A DNA stretch of 63,938 bases, counting the filler, from Octopus bimaculoides (taxonomy: Eukaryota): assembly GCF_001194135.2 (NCBI RefSeq). It is 4 parts of 4 records of this genome, joined end to end, with 100 filler letters (N's around TTAATTAATTAA, not from the genome) between each part and the next. Parts side by side here need not be neighbours in the genome. Positions count along the whole stretch, not along the records: positions 1 to 27,235 come from NC_068985.1; positions 27,336 to 38,597 come from NC_069005.1; 2 more parts are not named here. One strand, given 5' to 3'. The notes under the pieces were generated by a model. It was given only the letters and a program-made list of their open reading frames with translations, was not told where the DNA came from and did no database searches. The stretch's first letter is position 1. Each line of letters starts with the position of its first letter. A program made the translations under genes and the position numbers. Positions 25,078 to 36,233 of the stretch are shown here, piece by piece.

Positions 25078-26770
25078 ATGTAACCATTCCATTGGTTCTT
25101 TCATTTTCTTGGGTTCGCTCTCAATGAATCTTTTTTCTTTAGTTGGTTTATGTGTTTCTTGTATACCCCTTTTCGTCCTTTTACCAAGTATATCATTTTT
25201 CCTATGCGTTTGGTAATCACGCCATCTTCCCAACTTTCTTTTCCATTCTTATATGCCCTAATAAATACCTTTGCACCTATTTTGAAATATCTTGCTGTAT
25301 TTTCCATTGCAATTATTCTTTTCTTGCCAGGTAGCAATTTGTTGAAGACTGATTTTATTTTCCTCACAAACATCAGCTTTGCTGGTGACAATCCTGCTGG
25401 TGTATTTGGATTTGGTGTCACATGGTATACTCTTAAGAATGATTGAAAAGCTACCTCATCTGTGACTTCCTTATTCGGCTTTCTTAGGGCACTCTTGAAT
25501 ATATCGACAAAGCATTCTGCTTGTCCATTAGATCTTGGATGGTATGGCCCCATAGTTACATGTTCTACAGCAAACGTTTTACAAAACGTTTTAAACTCAA
25601 AAGACACTAATCGTGTTCCATTGTCACACACTATCACATCTGGGATGCCAACTCTTGCAAACAGCTCATATAGAAAGTTTGTTATAGTTGAGGAGATTGG
25701 CTTTTTACACTTAAAAATTTCTGGCCATTTAGAGAAATTATCTTCTACCACTAAGTATTATGAACTGTTGAAAGGACCAGAGAAATCGATGTGTAGTCTT
25801 GACCACAGAACATCTATTTTTGGCCAAGGCTCACTTTTCATCATCAGTAATTTTGCTACAAGGGCACATATTCTACAATCTTTCACTAAATTTTCTATTT
25901 CTCTATCCATTTTTGGCCAGTACACATAACTACACATTAAAGCTTTCATTCTCGAAATACCAGGATGTCCAACATGAAATTCTCTCAACATTTTCTTTTG
26001 CAATGGTTCAGGTATTACTACTGTCTGTGCATACACCAGTATGCCATCACAGATTGAGTATAAATTCATTTCTTGCTTTCATTTCACACCAGTCCTGTTC
26101 TTATTTACTTTTCCTGACCACAGTATTCTTTTCATTTGTTATGAATTTGTTCTTTACTGCATTTTGTTTTATATCTTCTAGGGGAGATGCTATGGGGATA
26201 ATAGTAATAATGATACACCCCTCCCACGTGACAAGTGGTATGTAATAGTCAATATAAATACTGTCGGTCAGTGTCAGTATAAGGAGAGAGTATGAAGTAG
26301 ACGATCATAGATAGTCATGGTCGTACGTGTCTTTACTAACTATACTGTTCTACAGAGTGGGTGCTATAACAGTTAGATGAAAGGATTACAACAATATATA
26401 TGTGTGTGTATATACACACACACACACATATATATATGTGTGTGTGTGTGTGTGTGTATGTATATATACACATTCCATGTAACATTTTTTATTTCTCCTT
26501 CTGATCTTAATACTGCAATTACCATATCTTCGAATGGCTCGCAGTGTTACGACAGTAAATATTCTATTTTGCAGTCATAATTCAATAATGTCGTGCCCCA
26601 TTGCTGTAGTCTATTCACTGTGAGCATTGGTATTCCTTTTTTAGAACTGTATATTGACAGTAGAGGGCGATGATCTGTTTGTAGGCAGAAACTTCTTCCA
26701 TGAATAAATCTATGGAATTTTTTCAAACCGAATATGTTTGCTAACACTTCCTCTTGTATAGTATGCTTTG
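25078..26770 (-). mobile_element. Ty3/Gypsy LTR-retrotransposon pol remnant: RNase H-like, HHCC zinc finger and DDE integrase; stops, frameshifts and an insertion
   Basis: KKFHRFIHGRSFCLQTDHRPLLSIY...NRLQQWGTTLLNYDCKIEY; FHVGHPGISRMKALMCSYVYWPKMDREIENLVKDCRIC; LHIDFSGP, IVCDNGT, PYHPRSNGQAE. Confidence 0.92.
26180..26371 (+). mobile_element. Short LTR-like sequence with upstream polypurine tract, antisense to the surrounding pol
   Basis: AGGGGAGA (26180-26187), then TGCTAT...ATAACA termini (26188-26371), internal TATAAATA. Confidence 0.55.
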
Positions 26771-26854
26771 AAAGTAACTCCCTTATCAGGTTCATACTTA
26801 AACTTTGTTATTGAATTCACAATATAACACTGTAAATTATTTCAATCCTGTAGT

Positions 26855-27189
26855 AATAAGTGCCAGAGATCCCAACATTACCATCAAGACACAGGACCAG
26901 ATACTGTAACATCTTGGGTTTCAAGAACCCATAGGCCTTCAATATCCTCCCAAAATGCCTGAAACACTTACATGGGGTAGGTATAGGTATCCTCAAAACA
27001 AAACTGGATCTTCTACTGTCAAGAGTTCCAGATGAACCTACCTCACGACAGGAAATGCAAATAAGAATAACATCAAACTCACTTATTCATCAAATGCCCA
27101 TATAACAGAATCATTGAAATAATTAAAGTGTAAGAAAACTAATAGTGGAGCTCCAGCAAGGCCACAGCACTTGGGCTAAAATGAGTATA

Positions 27190-27190
<1 letters not shown>
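26855..27190 (+). mobile_element. CR1/L2-group LINE ORF2 C-terminus and 3' UTR
   Basis: PSRHRTRYCNILGFKNP*AFNILPKCLKHLHGVGIGILKTKLDLLLSRVPDEPTSRQ...SNSLIHQMP (FN.LP / K.KLD..L..VPD.P motif). Confidence 0.75.
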
Positions 27191-27226
<36 letters not shown>

Positions 27227-27235
27227 ATATATATA

Positions 27236-27335
27236 NNNNNNNNNNNNNNNNNNNNNNNNNNNNNNNNNNNNNNNNNNNNTTAATTAATTAANNNNNNNNN
27301 NNNNNNNNNNNNNNNNNNNNNNNNNNNNNNNNNNN
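27236..27335. other. Artificial scaffold join N44-TTAATTAATTAA-N44
   Basis: Palindromic 12-mer with stops in all six frames, centred in exactly 100 nt. Confidence 0.95.
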
Positions 27336-27387
<52 letters not shown>

Positions 27388-27940
27388 GTATGTATGTATG
27401 TATGTATATAAAGAGAGAGAGGGGCAGAAACAAAAATGTTACTAATCCTGTGTAAATAGACCTTCACACGCTCATACACACACACACACACACACACACA
27501 AATAAACATACATTAAGAACTACACTACACATACGATTCCTATCCCAACCCACTACCGCCCACCATCTGTTTCTCTACTCCATCTCTATGATGTACCCTC
27601 AATTGTTAGCAATGTACTTCCAAATACACCTGTGTATGTATTTGTGGTGGGAGCAAGCTGTATCAGCTGTCGCCTTCTTCCTTGCTGTAATCGTTGTTTT
27701 TCTTGTTTTCTGGGGTTTTTTTTAGGTTGTTGTTGTTGTTGGGAGGATGGGGGGTCATCGTCGTCCTCGTCGTTGTGATGGTGGCGATATCGTTTAACTG
27801 TCACTACTGTGATGCTGTTCGGTAAGTTTGTGCTGTGTGTATGTAAGTGCAAAACTGCATGTGTATATATAAATATATGTATGCATTTAAGTGTGTGTCT
27901 ATACGTGTGTGTAAGTGTTTTATGTATGTACATGTGTGTG

Positions 27941-27974
<34 letters not shown>

Positions 27975-28191
27975 NNNNNNNNNNNNNNNNNNNNNNNNNN
28001 NNNNNNNNNNNNNNNNNNNNNNNNNNNNNNNNNNNNNNNNNNNNNNNNNNNNNNNNNNNNNNNNNNNNNNNNNNNNNNNNNNNNNNNNNNNNNNNNNNNN
28101 NNNNNNNNNNNNNNNNNNNNNNNNNNNNNNNNNNNNNNNNNNNNNNNNNNNNNNNNNNNNNNNNNNNNNNNNNNNNNNNNNNNNNNNNNNN

Positions 28192-28807
28192 ACAAAATGG
28201 GATAAGAACGCAGAACATCCAGACAGTTAGGTGATACAAAAAAGGGACAACAAAACATCCAGATAGACGATACAAAGAAAACAAGGATGGGTCATTCGGA
28301 GTTTTCTTTCCTCAGTCGAGTTCCAGATTATCTTTGTAGCTCACTTTCCCTCCTCTTTTCACTTCACTGTGTCCCTGTCTTTTTTTTTTTCGCTCCCCTC
28401 CTTAATTCTTCTGTCCCTCTGCCTCTACCTCTCTCTCTTCTCTCCCCACGTGACCAGTGTTTGGCCAAGCCTGATCTTTCTTTCTTGGTTCGGCCGTTGT
28501 CCGTGCAACATCTATATTCCTCCGTGTCTGTGAAATCTTGTATCCCTGCTGTAAGGCTTTATTTCCACACACGCTAGCTTAATTTAATTCGTTCTTAGTC
28601 GAAAGACACCTGTTGTTATGTCCTGTTATTTGTATTTGTGTAACATTCTCCGTTTTTTTTCGTCCTTGTTTTCGTATACATTCGCTGCTTTCTTCCAAGG
28701 AATCTAATGCTCTAAGCTTAGTTTTTCCTTGCGCTGGCCAGATTGGAGCAATCTCGAGTATAACCAGCCGAAATTGCAAAGATAATCTGGAACTCGACTG
28801 AGGAAAG
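28192..28807 (+). mobile_element. Non-coding retro-type repeat family P, copy 1, with inverted terminal segment (Penelope-like architecture)
   Basis: Perfect 31-bp inverted repeat 28306-28336 / 28777-28807; body aligns with 63400-63850. Confidence 0.6.
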
Positions 28808-28851
28808 GGTCTTTCATGACCGAAGGGGGTCTTTACCCATTACCCTTTATA

Positions 28852-29548
28852 TAAACAATATCGAACACATAAACACAAGGTATGTATATTGCCAGTTCCT
28901 GGGCAGGCTACGATTTATAGGCATGAAAGAAAATTTTCTCGTCAATACAGCTGTGAAAACACCTAGACGTCATAGACAAGCGAGACAACTCACGCCAGCT
29001 ACCGTTGCAGGAGTAGTAGACATGAATGTTTTGTTATCTTTGTGACTTATCAATACCACGTGCCCAAAACGAGGCCAGACTTCTAAGCGTTTTTACACCA
29101 GCGTATTCAAGACAAAATTTTCTCTCGTGCTTATAAATCACAGTCTGATCCCGAACTGGCAATACACATTCTTTGTGTGTGTGTGCGTTCGATGTTGTTT
29201 ATATTCTTCGGGTTGCTTCTTTGAATTTTTTTCCGTGGTATGAAACGTTCGGACATACCAGTATATGGTTCTCGCACCATTTTGCATATAATCATAGCGA
29301 GCGATTTTACTTACGTCTAGCCTCATCTTGGATACGTGGTACCGATAAGTCACAAAGATAACGTAACATTAATGTCTGCCACTCCTGCAAGGGGACTTGG
29401 CGTGAGTTGTTTCGCTTGTCTATGATTTCTAGGTGCTTTTCACCTGGCGTATTGACGAGAAAAGTTTCTCTCATGCTTATGAATCGCAGCCTGCCCACGA
29501 ACTGGCAATACACATAACTTGAGAACGCGTGTTCGATATAGTTTATAT
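28852..29548. repeat. Three copies of an unclassified ~220-bp unit (+, - partial, -)
   Basis: Core TATTGCCAGTTC at 28887 (+); its reverse complement at 29153 and 29499; flanks align. Confidence 0.8.
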
Positions 29549-29634
29549 TCCTCGGCTTGCTTGCAGTACGAAATGCTACTGGTTGTATAAAAATAACAAA
29601 CTATAAGGAAATACATTAACAAAAAAATGAATAA

Positions 29635-29905
29635 TAATAATAATCCTTTCTACGTAAAAACGGATGAAATGCTGCTAAGCATTTTTTCCGGCGTGCTAAC
29701 GATTATGCCAGCTCGCCGCCTTGAATGATAATAATAATAATCTTTTCTTCTACAGCCACAAGGCCTGAAATTTTGGGGGAGGAGTAAGTCGATTATACCG
29801 ACCCCAGTATTCACTGATACTTAATTTATCGACCCCGAAAGGATGAAAGGCAAAATCGACGTCGGCGAATTTGAACTCAGAACGTAAAGACGGACGAAAT
29901 ACCCC
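29635..29905 (-). mobile_element. Two SINE family A fragments, CpG-intact
   Basis: CGGCGTGCTAACGATT..CCAGCTCGCCGCC and TATCGACCCCGAAAGGATGAAAGGC. Confidence 0.8.
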
Positions 29906-30191
29906 ACTTTGTCATCGACCTATTAACTAATCGGACCCCGAAAAGGCCCTCCCAGATACGAAAAATATTTATATGAACTTAAAACTCCATAGTACATGCA
30001 GTATAGGAGGACACGTAATATAGAAGAGGTCAGATTAATGCATTTCGTATTAATCAATATGGATAACCAATTAAATGCAATGATTAAGCAAGCCTATTGT
30101 GCAAGCTGTTATTTTTGCTAAAACCTTATCCATTAATGATAAGAAAGAAAGCGATTATGACGCAACATTTCCTGAAGGAATAGCTGGTTTT

Positions 30192-30228
<37 letters not shown>

Positions 30229-30834
30229 TATANNNNNNNNNNNNNNNNNNNNNNNNNNNNNNNNNNNNNNNNNNNNNNNNNNNNNNNNNNNNNNNNNNNN
30301 NNNNNNNNNNNNNNNNNNNNNNNNNNNNNNNNNNNNNNNNNNNNNNNNNNNNNNNNNNNNNNNNNNNNNNNNNNNNNNNNNNNNNNNNNNNNNNNNNNNN
30401 NNNNNNNNNNNNNNNNNNNNNNNNNNNNNNNNNNNNNNNNNNNNNNNNNNNNNNNNNNNNNNNNAAACCACATAATGAAAAAGAAAACAAAAATCATTGA
30501 TACTAAATTTTAAAGTAACAAAAAAATCGGTTAATATTGTTTAAAGGCAAAGCAATTGGTGTCTGTAATTTAAATCTTTTGTTTGTGCAGCGTTTCGAAA
30601 ATGCAAGACAGCGAAAGGCCGCATAAGAGCTACAATTTCTGTTATACGGAAGGCCTATGAAAAACGGTTGCTTCACAGCTTCTCTGTTCGAAGATTAATT
30701 TTGAATCACTTTGTACTTGAAGTAAAATATATTACTATACGTATACATACATAAATACATACATACATGCACATATACAGATATATCTACGCACACACAC
30801 ACACACACACATGCATATATATACATATATATAT

Positions 30835-31637
30835 CAGAGGCGACTCCAGGTCACCAGAGTCACTCGGCCGCATTACAAATTTCACCTAAGACACATGTCT
30901 GCTCGAACAATTTCACGTTTTTCCGTCTTATTTCTAAACCCAAATGGCTTATTTTTTATATCTAGCACTATGTCTTTCTCCATTTCTTTCTAAGTTAAGG
31001 GTAATAATAAAGCAACTCTGCAAAACACAACTGATCTTTACACATAGACGCACAGAATAACAGCAATCAAATATCGACAGCGGAATGCTCAACAAACATC
31101 AGCGATCTGACTGTTACCTGTTCGCTTCACAAGAGATGCCAGTAAGTCTTTTACACCTACCAGGCTCGTTGGTATTAGCCTGAGTTGCTGGATAATTTTT
31201 TGTTCCTTTAAGAATATTGTAGAACGGAAACTTTTCATAGATTGGAATTTAAATCCTAATATTTATAGAAATTAATTGTTTAAAAAAAAAACAAAAAAAA
31301 CAACACTGAATTTGAATTACTTTTAATTTTTACGATTATAGATAACAACTCGAGGTATAACTTCTGAGCCCGAGTCAGGGGTGTGTGAACGATTCGGGAG
31401 AAAGTCTTCTACGAATGATATTTTTTGACACAGGGCTCCTCTGAGGCGACCGCCAGACGCTGTAAGAAAATAAATGAACTGCGAGCAGGCTCAATAAAAT
31501 GAGCCCGAGTTATTGGCTGCAATTACATACTTTAAATCAGCGTTGGGAGAAATTAAATCAGCTTCCAAATACACGTTCAATTTACTAAATTTATACTCGG
31601 GCTTAGCCCGAACAGCCCGAGTGTTGGAGTCACCACT

Positions 31638-31638
<1 letters not shown>
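30835..31638 (+). mobile_element. Complete ~804-bp MITE (hAT-like), copy 2
   Basis: TIR CAGAGGCGACTCCAG / reverse complement CAGTGGTGACTCCAA (12/15); AGCCCGAGT-type motif at 31367, 31502, 31595(-), 31605 and 31614; no clear TSD (inserted in microsatellite). Confidence 0.75.
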
Positions 31639-31708
<70 letters not shown>

Positions 31709-31723
31709 GCATGTGCGTGTGTG

Positions 31724-31769
<46 letters not shown>

Positions 31770-31944
31770 ATCAATAGACCTGGTTGTGTGGTAAGAAGCT
31801 TGCTTCCCAACCTCGGGCCAGCCAAAGCCTTATGACGGAAAAAAATATGTAGACACATTATATATACACACGTTATATATACATGCGCGTGTGCGTGTAT
31901 GTGTGTGTACACACACACACACACACACACACATTTATTTATTT

Positions 31945-32095
31945 ATTTATTTATGTGTTTCAGCCAAGTGGCTGCGGTCATGCTGGTGCACCAATAGGTT
32001 TCAATTAGTTTTCGTCACCTAAGTCCAGCCATAAAGGTTTGATTGGCCCGAGGTTTCAATAGAAGACATCTACTCAATGTGCCAATAGTTAAATC
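31945..32095 (-). mobile_element. SINE family B composite fragment
   Basis: TTTCAGCCAAGTGGCTGCGGTCATGCTGGTGCACC tail and GGCCCGAGG...AGAAGACA body, reverse complement. Confidence 0.6.
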
Positions 32096-32189
32096 GAATA
32101 ATCGAATATTAAAAATAACAATTACAGACAACAAGAAGACGTACGCATGGACCGTATTAGTTTGACGCTCAGTAAAGAGAGAGAGAGTT

Positions 32190-32222
32190 TTTGACGTTTC
32201 TAGCATAGCCCTTCGTCAGAAA
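32190..32222 (-). ncRNA. Minimal hammerhead-like motif with the stem II closing pair mutated
   Basis: Reverse complement TTT-CTGACGA-A-GGGC-TAT-GCTA-GAAACGTC-AAA, with palindromic ACGT stem III. Confidence 0.5.
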
Positions 32223-32306
32223 GGAAAACAGAAAATTCCAGAGAAGGGAAAATATCACCAACAGCAGGTGCGTAGTTAGTTGCATTGCTGAACATATATA
32301 TGTGTA

Positions 32307-32347
<41 letters not shown>

Positions 32348-34055
32348 TATATAGATATCAATGTACATGTATGTGTGTGTATGTATGTATATATGTATGC
32401 ATGCATCAGTGTATGCTTGCAAGTATGTGTCTGAGTTTACACCGGTCTAAAACTGGGGACGTCTTGTGTTATGTTCCTTTATGTTCCATAACAAAACGGT
32501 ACGATTAATAGAGATCGATAAGATAAGTAGCTGACTGAAACAAATGCTAGAGATCCATACGTGCCCCAGCAAAGCGCCGTAGTCCAATGATTGAAACTAG
32601 CAAAGTAATATGCGTGTGTGTGTGTATGTGTGTATATTTGTGTGTGTGTGCGTGTGTATGTGCGTACGTACGTGTATGTATATGATTGTGTGTGCGCGCG
32701 CGCATTTGTAGGTGTGTTCAAGTACGCGTGCGTGCGTGCGTGTTCTGATTTGTGTAAAGACGTGTGTTCGAAATGAATGCAATAAACGTGAGTAAGGTTT
32801 AGAAATAAAAAAGAAAACGAAAAGTGCACTCATCGACCTTGCAGGAAGGTGGTAATAGTGAATCTGGAAGGGGAGACATGACTTCAGGGTCTTACGAAAC
32901 CCTCTACTCTACCCACAACCCCCTTTCTTTCCTTACGTTTTACTCTCTCGGTCTCTTTCTTTTTCTCCTATTTACTATCTTCCTTCCTTTCTCTCTCACC
33001 TCTCTCTCTCTCTCCCTCTTTTCTTTCTCTCTCTCTCCATTTCTCGTCTCTCTCTTAATTTCATCTTCTCATCACATTTCTACACCTTTTAACACTATTG
33101 TTCACGCATTTCTATAGCTGTACGTACATGTACTCTCTCTCTCTCTCTCTCTTTCTTTCCTTCTTTCCCACATACTGCATATATGTGTTATTAATAAACA
33201 TACTATATATNNNNNNNNNNNNNNNNNNNNNNNNNNNNNNNNNNNNNNNNNNNNNNNNNNNNNNNNNNNNNNNNNNNNNNNNNNNNNNNTATATATATAT
33301 ACTTACTATTTGTGTATCTGTGTGTGTGTGTGTGTGTGTGTATGCATATATATATGCATTTTTGTATTTATGTATGTCTGTATATATATATTTATATATA
33401 TGTGCGTGTGTGTATATTTACTGTTAAAAAATCGTGTGTGTGTGCATACCGTTACTCTGTCTCCCGTCCGGTTGTTCCCTCAGTATACGTATACATGTTT
33501 TATCTGTCGTTGTTTATTTACAATACATATTTTCATTTATTTGATATATATATATATATATATATATATGCATTTTTGTATTTATGTATGTTTATGTGTG
33601 TGTATATATATGTGTGTGTGTGGTATTTATGCATGTATGCATATTGACATATTGAAAACACGACTGTGGTCTAGTTTTGTTTTCTTTTCTTTTTTGGGGG
33701 AGAAAAGTGGTTTGTTTCTACTTTTTCATCTAAGTCCGTAACAGTTGTTTTCAACAGTACAATTCTTAAATTCTTTGTCAATAACAGACTATGATGATCT
33801 GGAAGATCTTCGTAATCTTATCTTCAAGACGAAGTCATGTTGGAGTTGGTAACTCTTTATAGTAGCCAGATATATGTGATTGGTATAGTAGATATTACCA
33901 CCCAGATTCGAATTTTGTCCCTAAGTTTATTGCATTATTAGTCTGATGTTTATTTTTGTTGATGTCCAGTCATGAAGTCTCTGTCTATTTTAATATTGTG
34001 ATGTGTTGTGATGCATTGTTTCTATCACGCGCCTAGCTTCAAATAAAGATACAGA

Positions 34056-34515
34056 TAATTTTGGTTTCAAATTTTGGTAGCAAGTGCGGAGAAGGGGGCA
34101 ATCGATTACATCGACCCCAGTCCTCAAGTGTTACTTTATTTTATCGACCCCGAAAGGATGGAAGGCAAAGTCGACCTCGGCAGAATTTGAACTCAGATCG
34201 TGGAGAAGGACGAGATGTCACTAAGCGTCTCGCCCGGCGTGTTAATGGCTCTACTAGCTCGCCACCTTAAAAGATACAGATAATATTACATTAACCACAA
34301 AAGCGGCGAGCTGGCAGGATTGTTAGCACTCCGGGAAAAATGCTTAGCGGCATTTCGTCCATCTTTTCGTTCTGAGTTCAAATTCTGCCGAGGTCAACTT
34401 TGCCTTTCATCACTTTCAGAGTCAATAAAGTAAGTACCAGTTGAATACCGGGGTTGATGTAATCGATTAGCACCCCTCTTCGAACTTGCTGGCCTTGTGC
34501 CAAAATCTAAAATCA
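34056..34515. mobile_element. Head-to-head inverted pair of full SINE family A copies
   Basis: Minus copy 34056-34267 and plus copy 34300-34515. Confidence 0.85.
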
Positions 34516-35136
34516 ATATTGCATCAACCACAAATAAAAATAGAGACAAATTTCATGACATTGCGATCTAGTGGACCATATGTCAAACTGACAGTAATGT
34601 CTACCTAAACCAATCACATTGACCCTGTGTGGTATAAAAAAAAAAAAGCAGCAATATATGCTAATACGACTTCATCCCGAAGTTGAGGCTGTAAAGTTTT
34701 AGGAAAGTTGATTTTGGATTGGGAACATTTTACTGCTTCATAAAGTGCAAAAAATTCGTACAAAAACATGAAGAAAATTTCACAAATGGCAAGAAACCTA
34801 AAACTGTTTAATACATATCTAAAAGGAACGTTACCTCCAACACACCAATCCACCAAACGTGTGTGTGTGTGTGTGTGTAAGCAGTTTAACCGGCTAAAGG
34901 AGGTTAAAGCATAAATATATTCGAAATATATGTAAATATTACTGGCACGCTAAACGTGTTTCTATGCTTAAGGAAGTCTTGTAGAAAGTGTAAACCAGCC
35001 ACGTCGTCAGCCGAAGTCGAATAATAAAAAAATTCCAATTCATCCAGATTAAACATAATATCGGCAGTCGAATCAAAAGGCATACGTTCAATAAAACTTC
35101 ATAGCTTTTCTCCACAGCAATGTTTAATAGTAGTTA

Positions 35137-35575
35137 ATGCGGCGAGCAGGCATAATCCTTAGCATGCCGGGTAAAATGCTTAGTGGAGTGGCATTTCGTC
35201 CGTCTTTGCGTTCTGAATTCAAATACCGCCGAGGTCAACTTTGCCTTTCATCCTTTTGGAGTCGATAAAATAAGTACCAGTTGAGCACAGGATTCGTTGT
35301 AAACGGCTCACCTCCTGTCCCGAAATTACTGGCCTTGTGAAACCCATATCTAATTGCACTTAGGGCGGCGAGCTAGGAGAGCTGTTAGCTCGCCGGGCAA
35401 AATGCTTAGCGGCATTTCGTCCGTTCTTGCATTCTCAGTTCAAATTCCGCCGAAGTCGACTTTGTCTCATCCTTTCAGGATCGGTAAAATAAGTACCAAT
35501 TGAGTACTGGAGGTGGATGTAATCGACTTACCCCGCCTCCGAAACTTATGACCTTGTGCCAAAATTTGAAACTAA
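35137..35575 (+). mobile_element. Two tandem SINE family A copies
   Basis: GCGGCGAGC heads at ~35140 and ~35365; GGCCTTGTG / ACCTTGTGCC ends. Confidence 0.85.
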
Positions 35576-36174
35576 CATTAAATAGTTGTTAATCAAGAAA
35601 AGCGTATCAACAAACTTCTAGCTCTATAGTTACTCGTACGAAGATTAATTCTGAATCAATTTACTACATACGTGTTCGATAAAACTAATAATTTAGAAAT
35701 GCATACCTACAACAAAAATTGGCGGTAAATCGGTGCTATACCTATGTGCGCGCGGGCATGTGTGTGGTTGAGTGCATGTGTGTGGTTGAGTGCGTGTGTG
35801 TGTCTATATGCACGTGTGTATATGTGTGTGTGCGTGCTATATGTACGTGCGTGTATCTATATATAAAATATACATACATGCAGATGTATGTGTATACACA
35901 CACACACACACATATATATATACATTCGTCTGCTAAACTCACTGAGCGTGCTCTGCAAATACGAAGGGATGACAATTAATGCTACTTTCGTGAAAACCAG
36001 CATAACTGGAGTACAACCATGGATTTACACTATAGAATGGCGACGAACTATAATCTCGGACTCTGCTACTAATCTAAACAATATTGTTAGTCTGGTGTAC
36101 TAAGGGAGAGCATATAAAGTATTTTGCCCGGATTGATAATCCCTCACTAATAACTCTGTTTTTCGCACGCGCGT

Positions 36175-36233
<59 letters not shown>

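Noticed and set aside
33791-33947. ATGATGA ... CTGA as a C/D snoRNA
   Set aside because: About 157 nt apart, the complementary segment overlaps the D box, and no guide is identifiable.
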